A program made the position numbers and the translations under genes. A DNA stretch of 63,901 nt, filler included, from Octopus bimaculoides (taxonomy: Eukaryota): assembly GCF_001194135.2 (NCBI RefSeq). It is 4 parts of 4 records of this genome, joined end to end, with 100 filler letters (N's around TTAATTAATTAA, not from the genome) between each part and the next. Parts side by side here need not be neighbours in the genome. Positions count along the whole stretch, not along the records: positions 1 to 31,463 come from NC_068987.1; 3 more parts are not named here. One strand, given 5' to 3'. Shown piece by piece: positions 1 to 12,812 of this stretch; position 1 is the first letter of the stretch, and every line of letters starts with the position of its first letter. The notes under the pieces were generated by a model. The model was not told where the DNA came from, ran no database searches, and worked only from the letters and a program-made list of their open reading frames with translations.

Positions 1-330
1 AAATCTGCGGGCCAGTTCTCCGTGTGGCGTGGCGTCCACAAACATTACTCCCTGGAACTTGTCGGTATTGTACCACGTGGTCTTTTTGTTTGTTTTGTCA
101 CTAATCCTTTGTAGTCTATTCCACTGTTTGTTACGGTATCTAGGTTGTGTTCCATTTGTATCTTTGACAACAATCTCCTGAAATTTCTTGTTAGCTCCTC
201 TGTATACCCGGATTCTATCTTTCTTGCTGTATCCCGAAAATTGCATGCGATGCATGAAGTCTTGAATATGTTTTTGCTCCTCCCATGGAGGTGTAGATGC
301 CAGAAACGTTGTTCTCGAAGTTACCTGCTA
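1..330 (-). mobile_element. Penelope-like element fragment (post-RT thumb/linker region, Neptune-like)
   Basis: My minus-strand translation gives PPWEEQKHIQDFMHRMQFSGYSKKDRIRVY...GTQPRYRNKQWNR...KKTTWYNTDKFQGVMFVDATPHGELARRF, resembling the RMQxSGY...PxYR..W...V(M/L)FVxxTPxxEL segment I recall from Neptune-type PLEs. It runs off the window edge. Confidence 0.6.
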
Positions 331-1239
331 AGGATGTAAAGATGCTACTAATTTTAAACAACTCACGGTCTTCATTCAAATGGTCATCGACTTACCACTA
401 ATGATTGATAATATAAAAGTGCAAGATCAAATCCTGCCACCCATTGTTACCTCTTCGCTTCAATTAATTGTTAACAGTATAACTGTAACATCCAAGATAT
501 TGCACCAGTGGAGTTCTAGTGGTAGAAGCGTAGGATCAGATAAAAAAAATACACAAGGAGAAAGTACTGACATTACCTTGAAGGACTACAACGTCTTCAA
601 TAGTCAATGTAGTAATTTCGTGGAAGTTACTGAAAAGCACTATTCTAGTAAATTCGTGGAAAAAGAATCTGTTTATGTTGTAGTTTTAGAATACAATTTA
701 AAAAGATTCGAAATAAAGAATTTTCATTGTTACTTCAGAGTAAAAGTGAAACGGATGTCACAGAAAAAGATGTCAGAACCTGACTAAAAGAAACAAAGGG
801 TTAACCTGCATATTAAACGTTAATAGAGAAAGTAATAGCAAAGGAAGGTAGCAAGAGCAGAGAATGGGAAGATGGTGAAGAGGACGAAAGATTGTCCTCT
901 CTGCTATACGAAAATCCCAAGATAACGTTATTTGGTTGGTTGACCGAGTCAACAGATACTTATGTTGTGCTATACCATCAAAATCATAGAGTCTCAAAGG
1001 AACTCATTATTTAGAAGCAAAGCCGATTTGTCTGAACACTGTTACGGCAACTGTTAATTTCATTATTCCTAGTCGCTTGAGACTTCGAGTAAGAGACAAG
1101 GCCAATAATGACAAGTTACCAACTCTTCCCCTACTCTATGATGCTTATCTGTCGTCTTCCAGAAGAGAGCGACATTAACGACTTACATATATTAACATTC
1201 GGATTTTTCATAATGTTACATTGAATAATTTTATAGAAG

Positions 1240-1246
<7 letters not shown>

Positions 1247-1291
<45 letters not shown>

Positions 1292-1326
1292 TATATATGT
1301 GTGTGTATGTGTGTGTGTGTGTGTGT
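1247..1326. repeat. Compound (TA)n/(TG)n microsatellite
   Basis: Read directly from the sequence. Confidence 0.95.
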
Positions 1327-2091
1327 TTATATTCTACAGAGAATAAAGGAATTCTCGGAGGCAGAATGGCTGTGAGGATGGCTTGAAAATCGAATAAATG
1401 CTCTTTAGAAGACGGAAAAAAAAGCGGTTGGTATTACAGAGAATCGAAACCGGTACCTCTCAAATGATGGTTGGGGACTCTGCACTATTAAGCTATGGAA
1501 CATTGGCAACTATTACCGTCTGTGTATAAAGCTAAATAGTAACTTTTGGAATGTGAGACCTTTTAGTAAACAAACATAAACGCCGAATGTGTCGGTATTC
1601 TACAAACATTAAAAGAATTCTCGGACACAGGATGGCCGATTCGTTATTCATTTATCGTTTTAAATTTTTTATTTTATAAGGAAGATTCTTTCACTATATC
1701 CCAGTACCATATGGAAGCGAGGAGCATACTACACTTACCAAAATGCATTGTCATAAAAATAAGAGAAACAGCAAGTAAAAATCGAAATACTTTTTGAAAA
1801 GTCAGACGTATCTGCACCTAGAATGCATGATATCTCACCTATAATGTGCATGATGGATCGTAAGGATTCTGAATAGAGATTCTTGTGAACTCCATTTTCA
1901 CTCTCTCATACTTTATATAATCTCAACAATCACAAAGAAATTATTGACATAAATCCAGTGCAATATACCTCCATACTGTTGTTGCCGAATAGTGTGTAAT
2001 GGCTTTGGACAGCATATTACGAGGTATGTACCCGACTAGGAAATTCTGTCTATCTATCTATCGATCGATCGATCTATCTGTATGTGTGTAC

Positions 2092-2905
2092 AAATTAAAA
2101 AATGGAGTCAAACGCAGGTGTTATTCAAAAATTTATACTGCCAACATATGTTTCGAAAAAAACATTGATATTATTCCTCGGGGAATAAAATGATGTAAAA
2201 CCATTACTTTACATTTAGACATATCAATAAATGCAACAATACTGGGCTTAGTAAATTAATTTGGTCTCTCAAGGAACATAATAAACAATTTGATTTGGAA
2301 TGGAATATTCTATCTAGATCCTTCTCATATGATAAAGGTAAATATTTTTGTCCTCTCTGTAACGAAGAACAATTTTTCTCACCCTTTTCTCGGAGAATAC
2401 TCTTGTAAACACGTTTAAAGAACGCATTTATCGTTGTAAACATTGGCAAAAACATACCTTTAGTTCCTATAAGTAATTTCTACCAATCTATAAAATTCGA
2501 CCTTTAACTGTCTTCTTACATTTCATCTCCGCTACATATATCTATTTCCACGCTTTTAAGCTTTATTCCCATTCATCTATCACACTATATTTCGTCACTC
2601 TTAATTTTCTGTTAATTTCTTTCTTTCTGCTCCTTCTCTTTCTCTAAATTACCTTTGACGTTGAATCTATTAACGTTTTTTTAAAAAATAACTTGTCAGC
2701 GTTCCCCTTCATCATATACGCGTTAATCACTTTCGGTTAAACTGGCTTATTGATATATTTTGTTTCTCTTTTCCTCACTGACGAGATGATTGCATTGTTT
2801 TACATCATTTTATTCCCTGAGGGATAATATCAATGTTTATTCTAAACATATGTTGGCAGTATAAATATTTGAATAACACCTGCGTTTGACTCCATTTTTT
2901 AATTT
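2092..2905 (+). mobile_element. PLE 3' fragment: decayed GIY-YIG endonuclease C-terminus, 3' UTR and inverted copy of its own 5' end
   Basis: Plus-strand frame TFRHINKCNNTGLSKLIWSLKEHNKQFDLEWNILSRSFSYDKGKYFCPLCNEE, then NTLVNTFKERIYRCKHWQKH after a frameshift (CxxC...CxH pattern of PLE endonucleases). 2797-2905 is the reverse complement of 2092-2201. Confidence 0.75.
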
Positions 2906-2984
2906 ATCTATGTCATGCAAAAACATTTAATTTAATCCCGGAATTTCTTACCTTTATAAGTAGGCTGTAATATCCACTATATAT

Positions 2985-3214
2985 TGGTCTTTTACTTGTT
3001 TCATTTCTTTGACTGCAACCATGCTGGAACACCGCCGTGAAGGGTGTTAGTCGAACAAATCGACACCAGGACTTTTTAAAGCCTAGTACTTATTCTATAG
3101 GACTCTTTTGCCGAACCTCTAAGTTACAGGGATGTAAGTATACTAATACCGGTCATCAAACGGTTATGAGGTACAAACACAGACACAAAGACACATACAT
3201 ATAGATATATGCAT

Positions 3215-3276
<62 letters not shown>

Positions 3277-3484
3277 TCATNNNNNNNNNNATATATTCAT
3301 ATTTCAGTTTCCATTCAACAAATCCATGCACAAGGCTTTTGTCGGCACGAGGCTATAGTAGAAGACATTTTCCCAAGGTAGGACGCAGTGGGACTGAAAA
3401 CAAAACCATGAGTTTGTTTGGAAAGCAAGGTTCCTACCACATGGCTACGCAAAGCACATTGATGTTCTATACAGATTATGAGGT
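2985..3484 (-). mobile_element. tRNA-derived SINE with internal (CA)/(TA) microsatellite
   Basis: Head at 3301-3470 is homologous to 4520-4672 and 25212-25375 and has a degenerate B-box-like motif; a tail module at 2985-3190 lies beyond the microsatellite (its assignment to the same SINE rests on recalled consensus). Confidence 0.75.
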
Positions 3485-4295
3485 CGATATGACAAAGAAG
3501 CAGCACATTCAATATGTCGCACTAAAGATGTTTTACGATAGTATTTAGTGGAACAATCTTGTGCTGTGGAATGGTGGTGGAAATCTCTGTTGACTTAGCA
3601 TACAATGTGTTTTCTCTCTGTTGTTGAAGCCAACTCAGTTTTGCTGTTAATATCCTTTCGAAAGCTATGAACATAACATCACAACAATCTAACAGCAATT
3701 TGACTCAATTTGAATATTTACGAATCAATTTTCAGAGCATGAGATATGTCACGTAAAACTTTATATAGTCAACAATTTAATACAGTTATATGAGAATTGC
3801 TGCAGATACATTACAGCGAGAATGTTAATAATCACTATGCATGAAAACATATTTGATATGCCAATTACGACATGTATACGATTTATCATCAACGATGACC
3901 ACCATTACAGCTAATTTTCTAGATTTTAATAAATCTGCTGTAGTAGGACTAAAGTACATCTTACTACATTTCAGTTAGCTTTTTAATTCCATTTCAAATA
4001 TCAAGAAATGAGTTAACAGAAATTAGTAGTGTATAGACATTTACACATAACTAAATATATGTAAGAAATAAATTAATTTAAACAATCATATGAAAAATTT
4101 TGTATCAAACAATTAACTTTATTGCCACTAATCTTAAAGATTTTTGTCATGAGCGCATCACAATTATTGGCATTGAATGACAACATCTAGGATGATAATA
4201 GCGTTGAGGGAGTTTATTTAATGGACAGAAACGTAATTGGAAAATCACTTTACTGATTAGAGCACAATATATATAGTACTTATTACATATAGTAC

Positions 4296-4333
<38 letters not shown>

Positions 4334-4492
4334 AACACATACTTATATATAATATACTTATATACATGCATGTAAAATTACATACATACATATATACATA
4401 TATATATATACACTTGGAAACGGATGCGTGGCGTTGAATCATATAATAATATAAATATATAATAATATAAATATTGAGAGAAAATATTTCCA

Positions 4493-4679
4493 ACCTCATA
4501 ATCTCTATAGAACATCAATGTGCTTTGCGTAGCCATGTGGTAGGAAGCTTGCTTTCCAAACTCATGGTTTTGGGTTCAGTCCCACTGCGTCCTACCTTGG
4601 GAAAATGTCTTCTCCTATAGCCTCGAGCCGACCAAACCTTGTGCGTGGATTTGTTAAATGGAAACTGAAATATGAATAT
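4493..4679 (+). mobile_element. SINE head, inverted near-duplicate of 3291-3484
   Basis: A-box-like TAGCCATGTGG and B-box-like GGTTCAGTCCC; reverse complement of 3291-3484 including flank. Confidence 0.8.
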
Positions 4680-6400
4680 TTATATATATTTATATATATA
4701 TTTATATATGCATACAAACCGTACATATATGTACATCACATATGTACATACATATATATGCATATACAGATGCATATATGGGCGAAGGATACCACAGAAC
4801 GTAAACAACATGAAATACGAAATAAGAAAGCATGGAATACGAACTTTTTTTTTGCGAACAACGAAAGAAACAAATGGAAAACACGACAAACAACATAAAA
4901 AAGAACCTTTCATCAGTTGTCGGCTGTTTTTCTACTTCGTATTTCGAGCAATTCATGACAAGATACGTTTTCTACAAAACACCCAATAGGTGGGATAAGT
5001 CTCAATAACTAATACTTATGATTTTGAATTGCCATTAGAATTGACAATCGTCTTCATATCATTCAAAATGAAAATGATAGACACTGTTATAGAATTATTA
5101 CGATGAAGCTTGTGTTCTTATTTTAAAAAAATAGTTATAATCTGTCAGAATTCCATATACAAAATGCAGAACAAGTAATAAAAGAGCAAAGTATTGTCCT
5201 CAGCCTTAATTATTATATAATCTCTGCTCCTATTTGAACCAACCACCACCACATTATGCTGCTTAGTCAACGAACGAAATTGAAAGCTGGTATAAAGCAC
5301 TTCGAAGTAATAAGAATGATAACTAAACCTCCTTCAAACTAAAACAAAAACATTTCTTGTGGGGTTTCATGCGTTACTAAGGTAACATTGTGACATAAAT
5401 AACAAGAAATAACAGCTACAGATGTCTAAATTGTTTAACACATCGTGTACCATATGGACCTCTGTAAGCTCAATATTAGGTCTAAAGTGACGGATAATGA
5501 GATCGTGAGATGCTAGAAACGGTGGTGTAATGTATTAAAATGTTTACGGTGTTTAATTTTATTCTCTTAATTTCAACGTCGATTCTACCTTTCAACGGTT
5601 TGAGATTAATTAAAATATTTATTACAGGGAAGTTGCTGTGCCAATTTAATCGTCTGCATCTCGCTTGTTTTTGAATAATTGGTCTATAATGGTGTTAAGT
5701 GTGGCTCTTGTTGGATGGTCTTTTCCCAAGAGGAATCTCTCCGTAATACAAATTTGTACTCTAAATTCTTCAAAGAGGATACACTCCAGAAAATAGATTT
5801 CTACCACAATAGTATGGACTTCCACCGCAGTAGAATATGGATTGCTACTGCAATTAAGACACTATTCGCTTCAAAAATTATTTCCGACTGCCGTTAACCC
5901 CGTCATCAATACATCTCAGTTATGCCTTCATTCTTTTATCAATAGTTTCCATATGTTTTTTGAAACATATTTCTACCATCTTCGATATTTCTTTTACTTT
6001 TCTTCTGCTATTGATAGTCCTCCAATTTTTACCACTGATCATTATAAAACTACTCACATTTCTATTTCGACTTTTCCTGCTTCCACCGAACTCAGATTAG
6101 AATTGTCATCACATTATCATCGCGAACTTTTCTTTCCTAAATACATGAAATGCATATTTTTTTCTCTAACGATCCTAGGTACTGGCAGTGTGTTTGCAAG
6201 TTTACACCAAATGAAGACATGCTAAGATTTGTGTGCATATATTTGTATATTTTGTTAAGCTCTTCCACAAGATGCATGTCTACGTATGTAATTGTTTATT
6301 TTCTCTCATTATATGTGTGTGTGTTTGTGCGTGTTTGTGTGTGTATGCGTGTGTTTTGGTGTATAATTGTGTATGTACGTATAGATATATGTGCGCGTAT

Positions 6401-6431
<31 letters not shown>

Positions 6432-6869
6432 GTATGTATATTTATTCATGCCTATATTGTACATGACAGGCTTAACTTAATCAATGGATTAAGAAGTTTG
6501 AAGAATAAATACATGTGTACAAGTACATATGAATAAATGCCGCATCGCCAACCGTAACTGAATTAAGTAAAGTAAAAATTGTTTAATGCAGTCGAAGTTA
6601 GATAGAATGAAGCACGCTTGAACCATTCAAACCTTGTATGGAATTTGCATGTTACCTTGTAACCTGTATATATGTTGCCAGATAAAAATAAAGCAAATGG
6701 CACCGGAATGCAGAAAGAAAAAGAACACGAATTATTCCAGGCAAACAATTTAATTCACTAACATAAATAGTAAGAACTCAGTTCATGCCATCTTCAGTAC
6801 GAAAGCGTAAGTGTTAAAATATTACATACATAACGGCCAGAGATATGGTACATGAATTATAAAAGAAAA

Positions 6870-8084
6870 TTTGGTTGTCCGGAAAGTTCAAGACGATTTT
6901 GAGTCGTTTATGTTCCAACACTTTAGAACACGTCAAATTTATCGACACCTATAGCGCACACTTCAAGCTATCATTTGAGAAAGAAAGTTTGAAATTACTT
7001 AATTCGTGTCAATTTTGCATCCCTATGAAAATGGAAGCTTATAAGGTGCATTTTAGACACTTGATGCTTTTGTATTACCGTAAAGGCAAGCAACAAAAAA
7101 AGATATGTGTTCTGTACGGTGAAGGTGCTTTAGCTGACAGAACTGTACGGAAGTGATTCGCTAAGTTTAGAGTTGGTGACTGTAGCCTTATTGATGAAGA
7201 ACGCTCAAGCAGACCCCACCCATTTCAGATGACGACCAAATCATGACATTGATTGAGAATAAACTGCATTTCACAAACCGGAAATTGGCGGAAACATTAA
7301 ATTTATAAAAGTTCACCATCCATAAGCATTTAGTGAAGCTTGGGTACCCAAATCACTACATGATGTGAATGAAAAGAATCTTCTGGGTCGCATTTCTATT
7401 TGTGTTTTGTTGTATAAACCCAATTAAAATGCACCCCTTTTGAAACAAATTGTGACGGGTGACGAGAAATGAATCGTTTACAACAATGTCCAGCGTAAAA
7501 GACCCAGAGGTAAGCGACGTGAGCCATCTGTAGCCACCCTAAAGCGGATCATCATCCTAAGAAAGTCATGCTTTGCATCTGGTGGGAGTGGAAGGGAATC
7601 CTTTACTATGAGTTTCTGCCAAGTAACCAGTCAATTAATTCTGAGAAGTACTGTTCGCAACTTGACGATTTAAAGGCAACAATTCAAGAAAAACGCCCAG
7701 AATTAGCGAACAAGATAATACCAGACTTCATGTTTCTTTGGCGACCCACCAAAAATTGCTGCAGCTTGGTTGGGCTGTGTTACCCCCACCCATCATATTC
7801 ACCAGAAATTGCCCCATCGGATTTTCATTTATTCAGGGCCTTGCAAAATAATCTCAATGGTAAAAATTTCAATTCTTTGGAGGACATATAAAACAACCTT
7901 AATAAGTTATTTGCTAAGAAATCACCGAAATGCTGGGAAGACGGAATCTTTAAGTTGAAGGAAAGATGGAGTAAGGTTGTGCAACAAAATGGTTCATATT
8001 TAATTGAATAAATATTTAATGGCATAATTTTGTTTTGTGTTTAATTTCCCATAAAAATCGGAATGAACTTTCCAGGCAGCCCAA
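6870..8084 (+). mobile_element. Mariner (DD34D) transposon, near full length, transposase pseudogene at about 7031-8011
   Basis: Imperfect 31-bp TIRs (6870-6900 and 8054-8084, about 24/31 matching). Motifs MEAYKVHFRHLMLLYYRKGK, WVP, IVTGDEK*, HPKKVMLCIWW and YSPEIAPSDFHLF, with frameshifts and stops. Confidence 0.95.
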
Positions 8085-8830
8085 TACAATTTTTATTTGA
8101 GAGAAACAAGTTAAAGAATGCATTTCGTAAAATTTCATACAAAAGCATCATTCAACACGATAAAAATTTTTCATAATGTTTAAAGTCCTTATGTATGGCA
8201 TTTGTAAAATACAATTTAGTCAATTTAACAAATTTGAACAGAGTTCCGTGTGTATGTGAAAACTAAAATTTTGAAATCATAAATATATTGTGTGAGTTGC
8301 AAGTAAAAAATTCGAATACTAAAGAATTGTAACACCCAAGTCTTCTTCTCTCAGCAACAAAAAAAGCACAACATTCTTGTGGAATCATCTCAACAACCGC
8401 TTCATGTTCGCGCGAAGATTCATATTGATGGAGAAGCTATGGACTCTGACTTACAGCAAAAGAAAGATGATTAAATTCGGCAGAAAATGTACTTCAACAT
8501 TACCTAATAGTGTTTTGCGATGATGTGACTTGGGCAAATTGCATTGCGCTACGCCCGCATCTGGTTTAAAGAGTTAAAAATCTGTGAACACTATAAGCTG
8601 ATAAAGCGCATGAACGCAAAACCGTGCCTGCAGTAAGTACTACAAAGCTGCTCACATAAGAAAGTGGCCAATATATTTGGATATAGATTAGAATGCTTTT
8701 TTATTCTGAGAAGTTATAATACTTACGAAACCGGTAGATTATGGCATGTCGACAACTCTTAGGGGTCTAAAGAAGGAACAATTCATGATATATAAATAAC
8801 AGTAAAGGTTTAGACTGAGTTAAAGGAAAA

Positions 8831-9080
8831 GGTAGCTTAGTAGTTAGGGTGCTGGAATCATAATCGTAAAATTATAGTTTCGATTCCTGGACCAGGCGTT
8901 GCGTTGTGTTCTTGAGCAAAACACTTCTTGTAACGTTGCTCCAGTCCACTCAGCTGGCAAAGTGAGTCATTCTCCGATGGCCCGGTGTCCCGTTCAGGCG
9001 GAGAATATATACGACGTGAAACCGGGAACCCGGCTCTTGTGAGTCGGTATGACTCGCGAGGGTAGCTTTACCTTTTTTAC
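8831..9080 (+). mobile_element. tRNA-derived SINE (head related to 29406-29785)
   Basis: A-box-like TAGCTTAGTAG, B-box-like AGTTTCGATTCC, followed by a TTGAGCAAAACACTT segment similar to the 29.4 kb copy. Confidence 0.65.
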
Positions 9081-9967
9081 CTCCATTAGATTGTTGAAGG
9101 CTAATATATATGTGTTTATGTATATACATGTGTGTGTGTGTGTATGTGTGTGTGTGTGAGTGTGTGTGTGTGTGCGTGTGTGTGTGTGTATGTGTGTGTA
9201 ATAAAATAGATTATTAAAACGCAATTTCAAAGCATCAAATCATTTATAATTTATTTATACAGGAAAGGAAACATAAATATATAAATATAATAGAAAAAAA
9301 AAACCTGGAGGGTGAAAGTTGAGAGTAATTGGGCGTAGACGAGCACAAATCAAGGAAAATCAAACAATTAGACGTTGATGAGATAGAAGAAAATTCCAGA
9401 AGTCATTCGTGTTGATTCGACATGCATAAATGAGTAAAATCTTTAGAATGACTAGTGTAAATCTTGTAAGTGAAGGACAGGATATCGCCATCCGTTAGAG
9501 AAAAAAATTGTAGTTTGGAATCAGTAGTTTGGAATCAGTAGTTCTTTGACTGCTATTTCTAAATTTTCAGTATATTGGAGAAGCAAAGAATACAATTGAG
9601 TTAAGGTTCAGTACAGATGTTTCAGACGTGTTTATATTGATGAATAATTCTATTGCATTATGAGAAAGAATTGTCTATGCACTTGAAGGAAACGGCTTTG
9701 TTTTCTTGATGGAATCGAATTATTCACCAAGAAAAATAAAACACGTCCGAAACAACTGTGGTTAATTTTAACCCATTTATTTTCTTTCTTTATGTAAACA
9801 CCATACCTGGAACCTTCCCTATGTTGGATCAAGCACTTACATTGTACAGTGAAACTGCAACCGGTGTGCATGGTTATATAAATTCATGTACATGTATATC
9901 TATGTCTTTATGCACATATATAAATATATCTGTACGGGCATACATATGAGTGTGTATGTTTAGATAT

Positions 9968-10186
9968 TGGTTTCTAATTTTGACACAAGGCAGCAATTTC
10001 GTGGGTGGGGACAAGTCGGTTACATCGGCTCCGGTGTTCAAATGGTACTTATTCTATCGACCCAAAAAAGGATGAAATGAAAAGCCGAACACGGCGGAAT
10101 TTGAACTCAGAACGTAAATACGGGATGATCATGTTGCCCGGCAAAGCATTCTAACGGCGAGTAGACGATTCTGCCAGCCGGCCGCC
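9968..10186 (-). mobile_element. tRNA-derived SINE (GGCGGCGAGCTGGCAGAATCG family)
   Basis: Reverse complement matches the copies at 12608, 23652 and 47961, with CTGAGTTCAAATTCC B-box. Confidence 0.8.
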
Positions 10187-10238
10187 TTAAGTGATAAGTT
10201 TATATATTGCTTAAATGTATATGCGTCTACATGTACAG

Positions 10239-10263
10239 GGGTGTGTGTGTGTGTGTGTGTGTT

Positions 10264-10294
<31 letters not shown>

Positions 10295-10422
10295 TTGTGT
10301 GTGTGTGTATGTGTGTGTTNNNNNNNNNNNNNNNNNNNNNNNNNNNNNNNNNNNNNNNNNNNNNNNNNNNNNNNNNNNNNNNNNNNNNNNNNNNNNNNNN
10401 NNNNNNNNNNNNNNNNNNNNNN

Positions 10423-10455
<33 letters not shown>

Positions 10456-10499
10456 TTGTGTGGTGTGAGTGTGTGTGTGTGTTTGTGTGTGTGTGTGTT

Positions 10500-10530
<31 letters not shown>

Positions 10531-10850
10531 TTGTGTGTGTGTGTATGTGTGTGTTTGTCTGTGTGTGTGTGTTTGTGTGTTGTGTGTGTGTGGTGTGAGT
10601 GTGTGTGTAGTGTGTGTGTGTTTGTGTTTGTGTGTAGTGTGTGTGTGTTTGTGTGGTGTGTGTTTGTGTGTTTGTGTGGTGTGTGTGTGTTTGTGTGTGT
10701 GTATGTGCGTTTGAGTGTGTGTGTTTGTGTGGTGTGAGTGTGTGTGTAGTGTGTAGTGTGTAGTGTGTGTGTGTGTGTATGTGTGTTTGTGTGTGTTTGT
10801 GTGTGTGTGTGTGTTTGTGTGGTGTGTAGTGTGTGTGTGTTTGTGTCTAT
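10239..10850. repeat. Long degenerate (GT)n/(GTTT) tract containing an N gap
   Basis: Read directly; source of the spurious CV-repeat ORFs. Confidence 0.95.
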
Positions 10851-11569
10851 GTGAAAGCTTGTTTAATGTTTCCGTGTCGCTTTTCTACACGTCTCCAACT
10901 GTCACCTATGAAAACACTCCACTTTCTCCTCACCATCTCACATCTCGCCTCCTCTTCCTCACTAGCCACGGGTATTCTCTAATCTCAGCAGGTCGAATTC
11001 GATAAATCGACATCTCGACCTTTCCTGTGTTTTCTTTATACATTCATCGTGTTTTAAGTTTGTCCAGTTTTTTTAATATCCATTCATGTAATTCTTCGTT
11101 TCCTCCTTTCTCTTTTTTTCATCTATTTTCCCTTCTACTAACGTTCTCTCTAAAACAGGTTTTACTAATTAAGTGTCGAAAATAATTTTCTTTTCTTGCT
11201 TTGATAATATCTAATAAAATTTTCACATTGGATTTTGCCATTCTGAATATTTTTATTATCGGTCTTCTCTTCTGTCAATTCTATTCTCAAGAGTTTTCTC
11301 TTAGCCAATATTTCAAAGACTTGGTTTATTTGATAGTAACTGTTCTACTATCCCTTTACAACATTTGTTATCTCTTTCTCTCTCATTCACTTCTCTCCTT
11401 CCGCTACGTCCTCTATCCGCCCCCCTCTCTCTCTCTTTCTCTCACTAATCTTAGTTTATACACTTAAACACCACTTGACGTATCTTGTCTCTCCGAATCC
11501 GCTATTTGGATCCTTTTAAAATTTACTGACGCAGAACATCTAGTTTCCTCGGATTCATGTTTTCCTGTA

Positions 11570-11593
11570 TTCTCTCTGTCTCTCTTTCTCTCG

Positions 11594-11628
<35 letters not shown>

Positions 11629-11631
11629 GCT

Positions 11632-11674
<43 letters not shown>

Positions 11675-11758
11675 TCTCTCTCTTCCCATCACTCTCTTTC
11701 TCTTTCTCTCTTTTTCTCTCTCTTCTCATCGCTCTCTCTCTCTCTCTTTCTCTCTCTG

Positions 11759-11805
<47 letters not shown>

Positions 11806-11817
11806 GTATGCACACAC

Positions 11818-11860
<43 letters not shown>

Positions 11861-11866
11861 CATATA
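11570..11866. repeat. Compound (CT)n-(CA)n-(TA)n microsatellite
   Basis: Read directly. Confidence 0.95.
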
Positions 11867-11870
11867 AATA

Positions 11871-12402
11871 CAAGGTGCGATGGGTGGACTGTCACCATTT
11901 GAAATTTTTAATTTTGCGCTTGCGCACTGCTATTGATTTTCTCGACTAAATAGTATAGTAGGGTCAGTTGGACACTGTTTGTAAGAAAACAGCACCATAA
12001 CGCAATTCACTCTGCCAGAAATTTGGAAACGTCATTCTCTACTGTTTGGCACTCGCGCCGGAAGCTCCAATATGAACCTGTACTAATACCAGTATGTACT
12101 GAGAGTGATAAAATGAAATGTTTAATGAACATCATAATATTTGGAGTGATCACTAGTGATGGCGACGTTATGCCTCCATTCTTTTTCCCACACGGCCTCA
12201 GAATCTACATGAAGTGCCTGGAGGAGGTAGTGCTACCCTGGGTCAAGAGGCTGGCTACTGGAAATCGCTATGTCTGACAACAGATTCTGCACCATGCCAC
12301 AGGAGCTGGAGAGCCCAGTCATGGCTATCAGACAATTTCTGTGACCACATCATTCCTAATATCTGGCCACCTAACTCCCTAGACTGCAACCCCCTTGATT
12401 AT
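11871..12402 (+). mobile_element. maT-family (DD37D) Tc1/mariner element, internally deleted fragment
   Basis: FGVITSDGDVMPPFFFPHGLR...YV*QQDSAPCH...WPPNSLDCNPLDY; I count 37 residues between the QQD aspartate and the NPLD aspartate. Starts directly after a TA. Confidence 0.85.
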
Positions 12403-12607
12403 TCCATTACGATTCCATTACTCCTACATATTGTTCACTTTCTTCAAAGAGTATTTAAGCAAAAATCTGTATTGCCCATTACTATACACGTAAAAGGCTT
12501 CCACTGTCCTGGTAGAGGGAAAGTATTTCTACGAAATTTGACGTATCGTAGAGTTAATGCTGTATTATGTCTTAAAAATGTTGTGTCCGATATTATTCCC
12601 TAGTCAA

Positions 12608-12812
12608 GGTGGTGAGCTGGCAGAATCGTTACCACGCTGGGCCGAATGTTTGGCGCAATTCGCCCGTCTTTACGGACTAAGTTTAAATTTATCCGTGTTC
12701 CTCTTTTCCTTTCATCCTTTCGAGTTCCATAAAATAAGTACCAGTTAAAAAGTGTGGTCGATCTAGTCGTCTTATCTCCTCTCCCGAAATTTCTGGCCTT
12801 GTGCCAACATTT
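12608..12812 (+). mobile_element. tRNA-derived SINE, diverged copy
   Basis: GGTGGTGAGCTGGCAGAATCGTT head; TTTCATCCTTTCG...AAAATAAGTACCAGTT body shared with other copies in the window. Confidence 0.75.

Noticed and set aside
380-787. 135-codon plus-strand ORF
   Set aside because: No recognisable motif or convincing splice context; adjoins a PLE relic; compatible with chance.
1331-1640. About 40-bp direct duplication (near 1331 and 1597) and a GAAACCGGTA hammerhead-like 3' half near 1446
   Set aside because: No properly placed CUGANGA or stem I partner found; the duplication alone is unremarkable.
10207-10737. Long ORFs made of CV, YI, HT, LS repeats or X runs, here and throughout the window
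   Set aside because: Translations of dinucleotide microsatellites and N gaps, not proteins.
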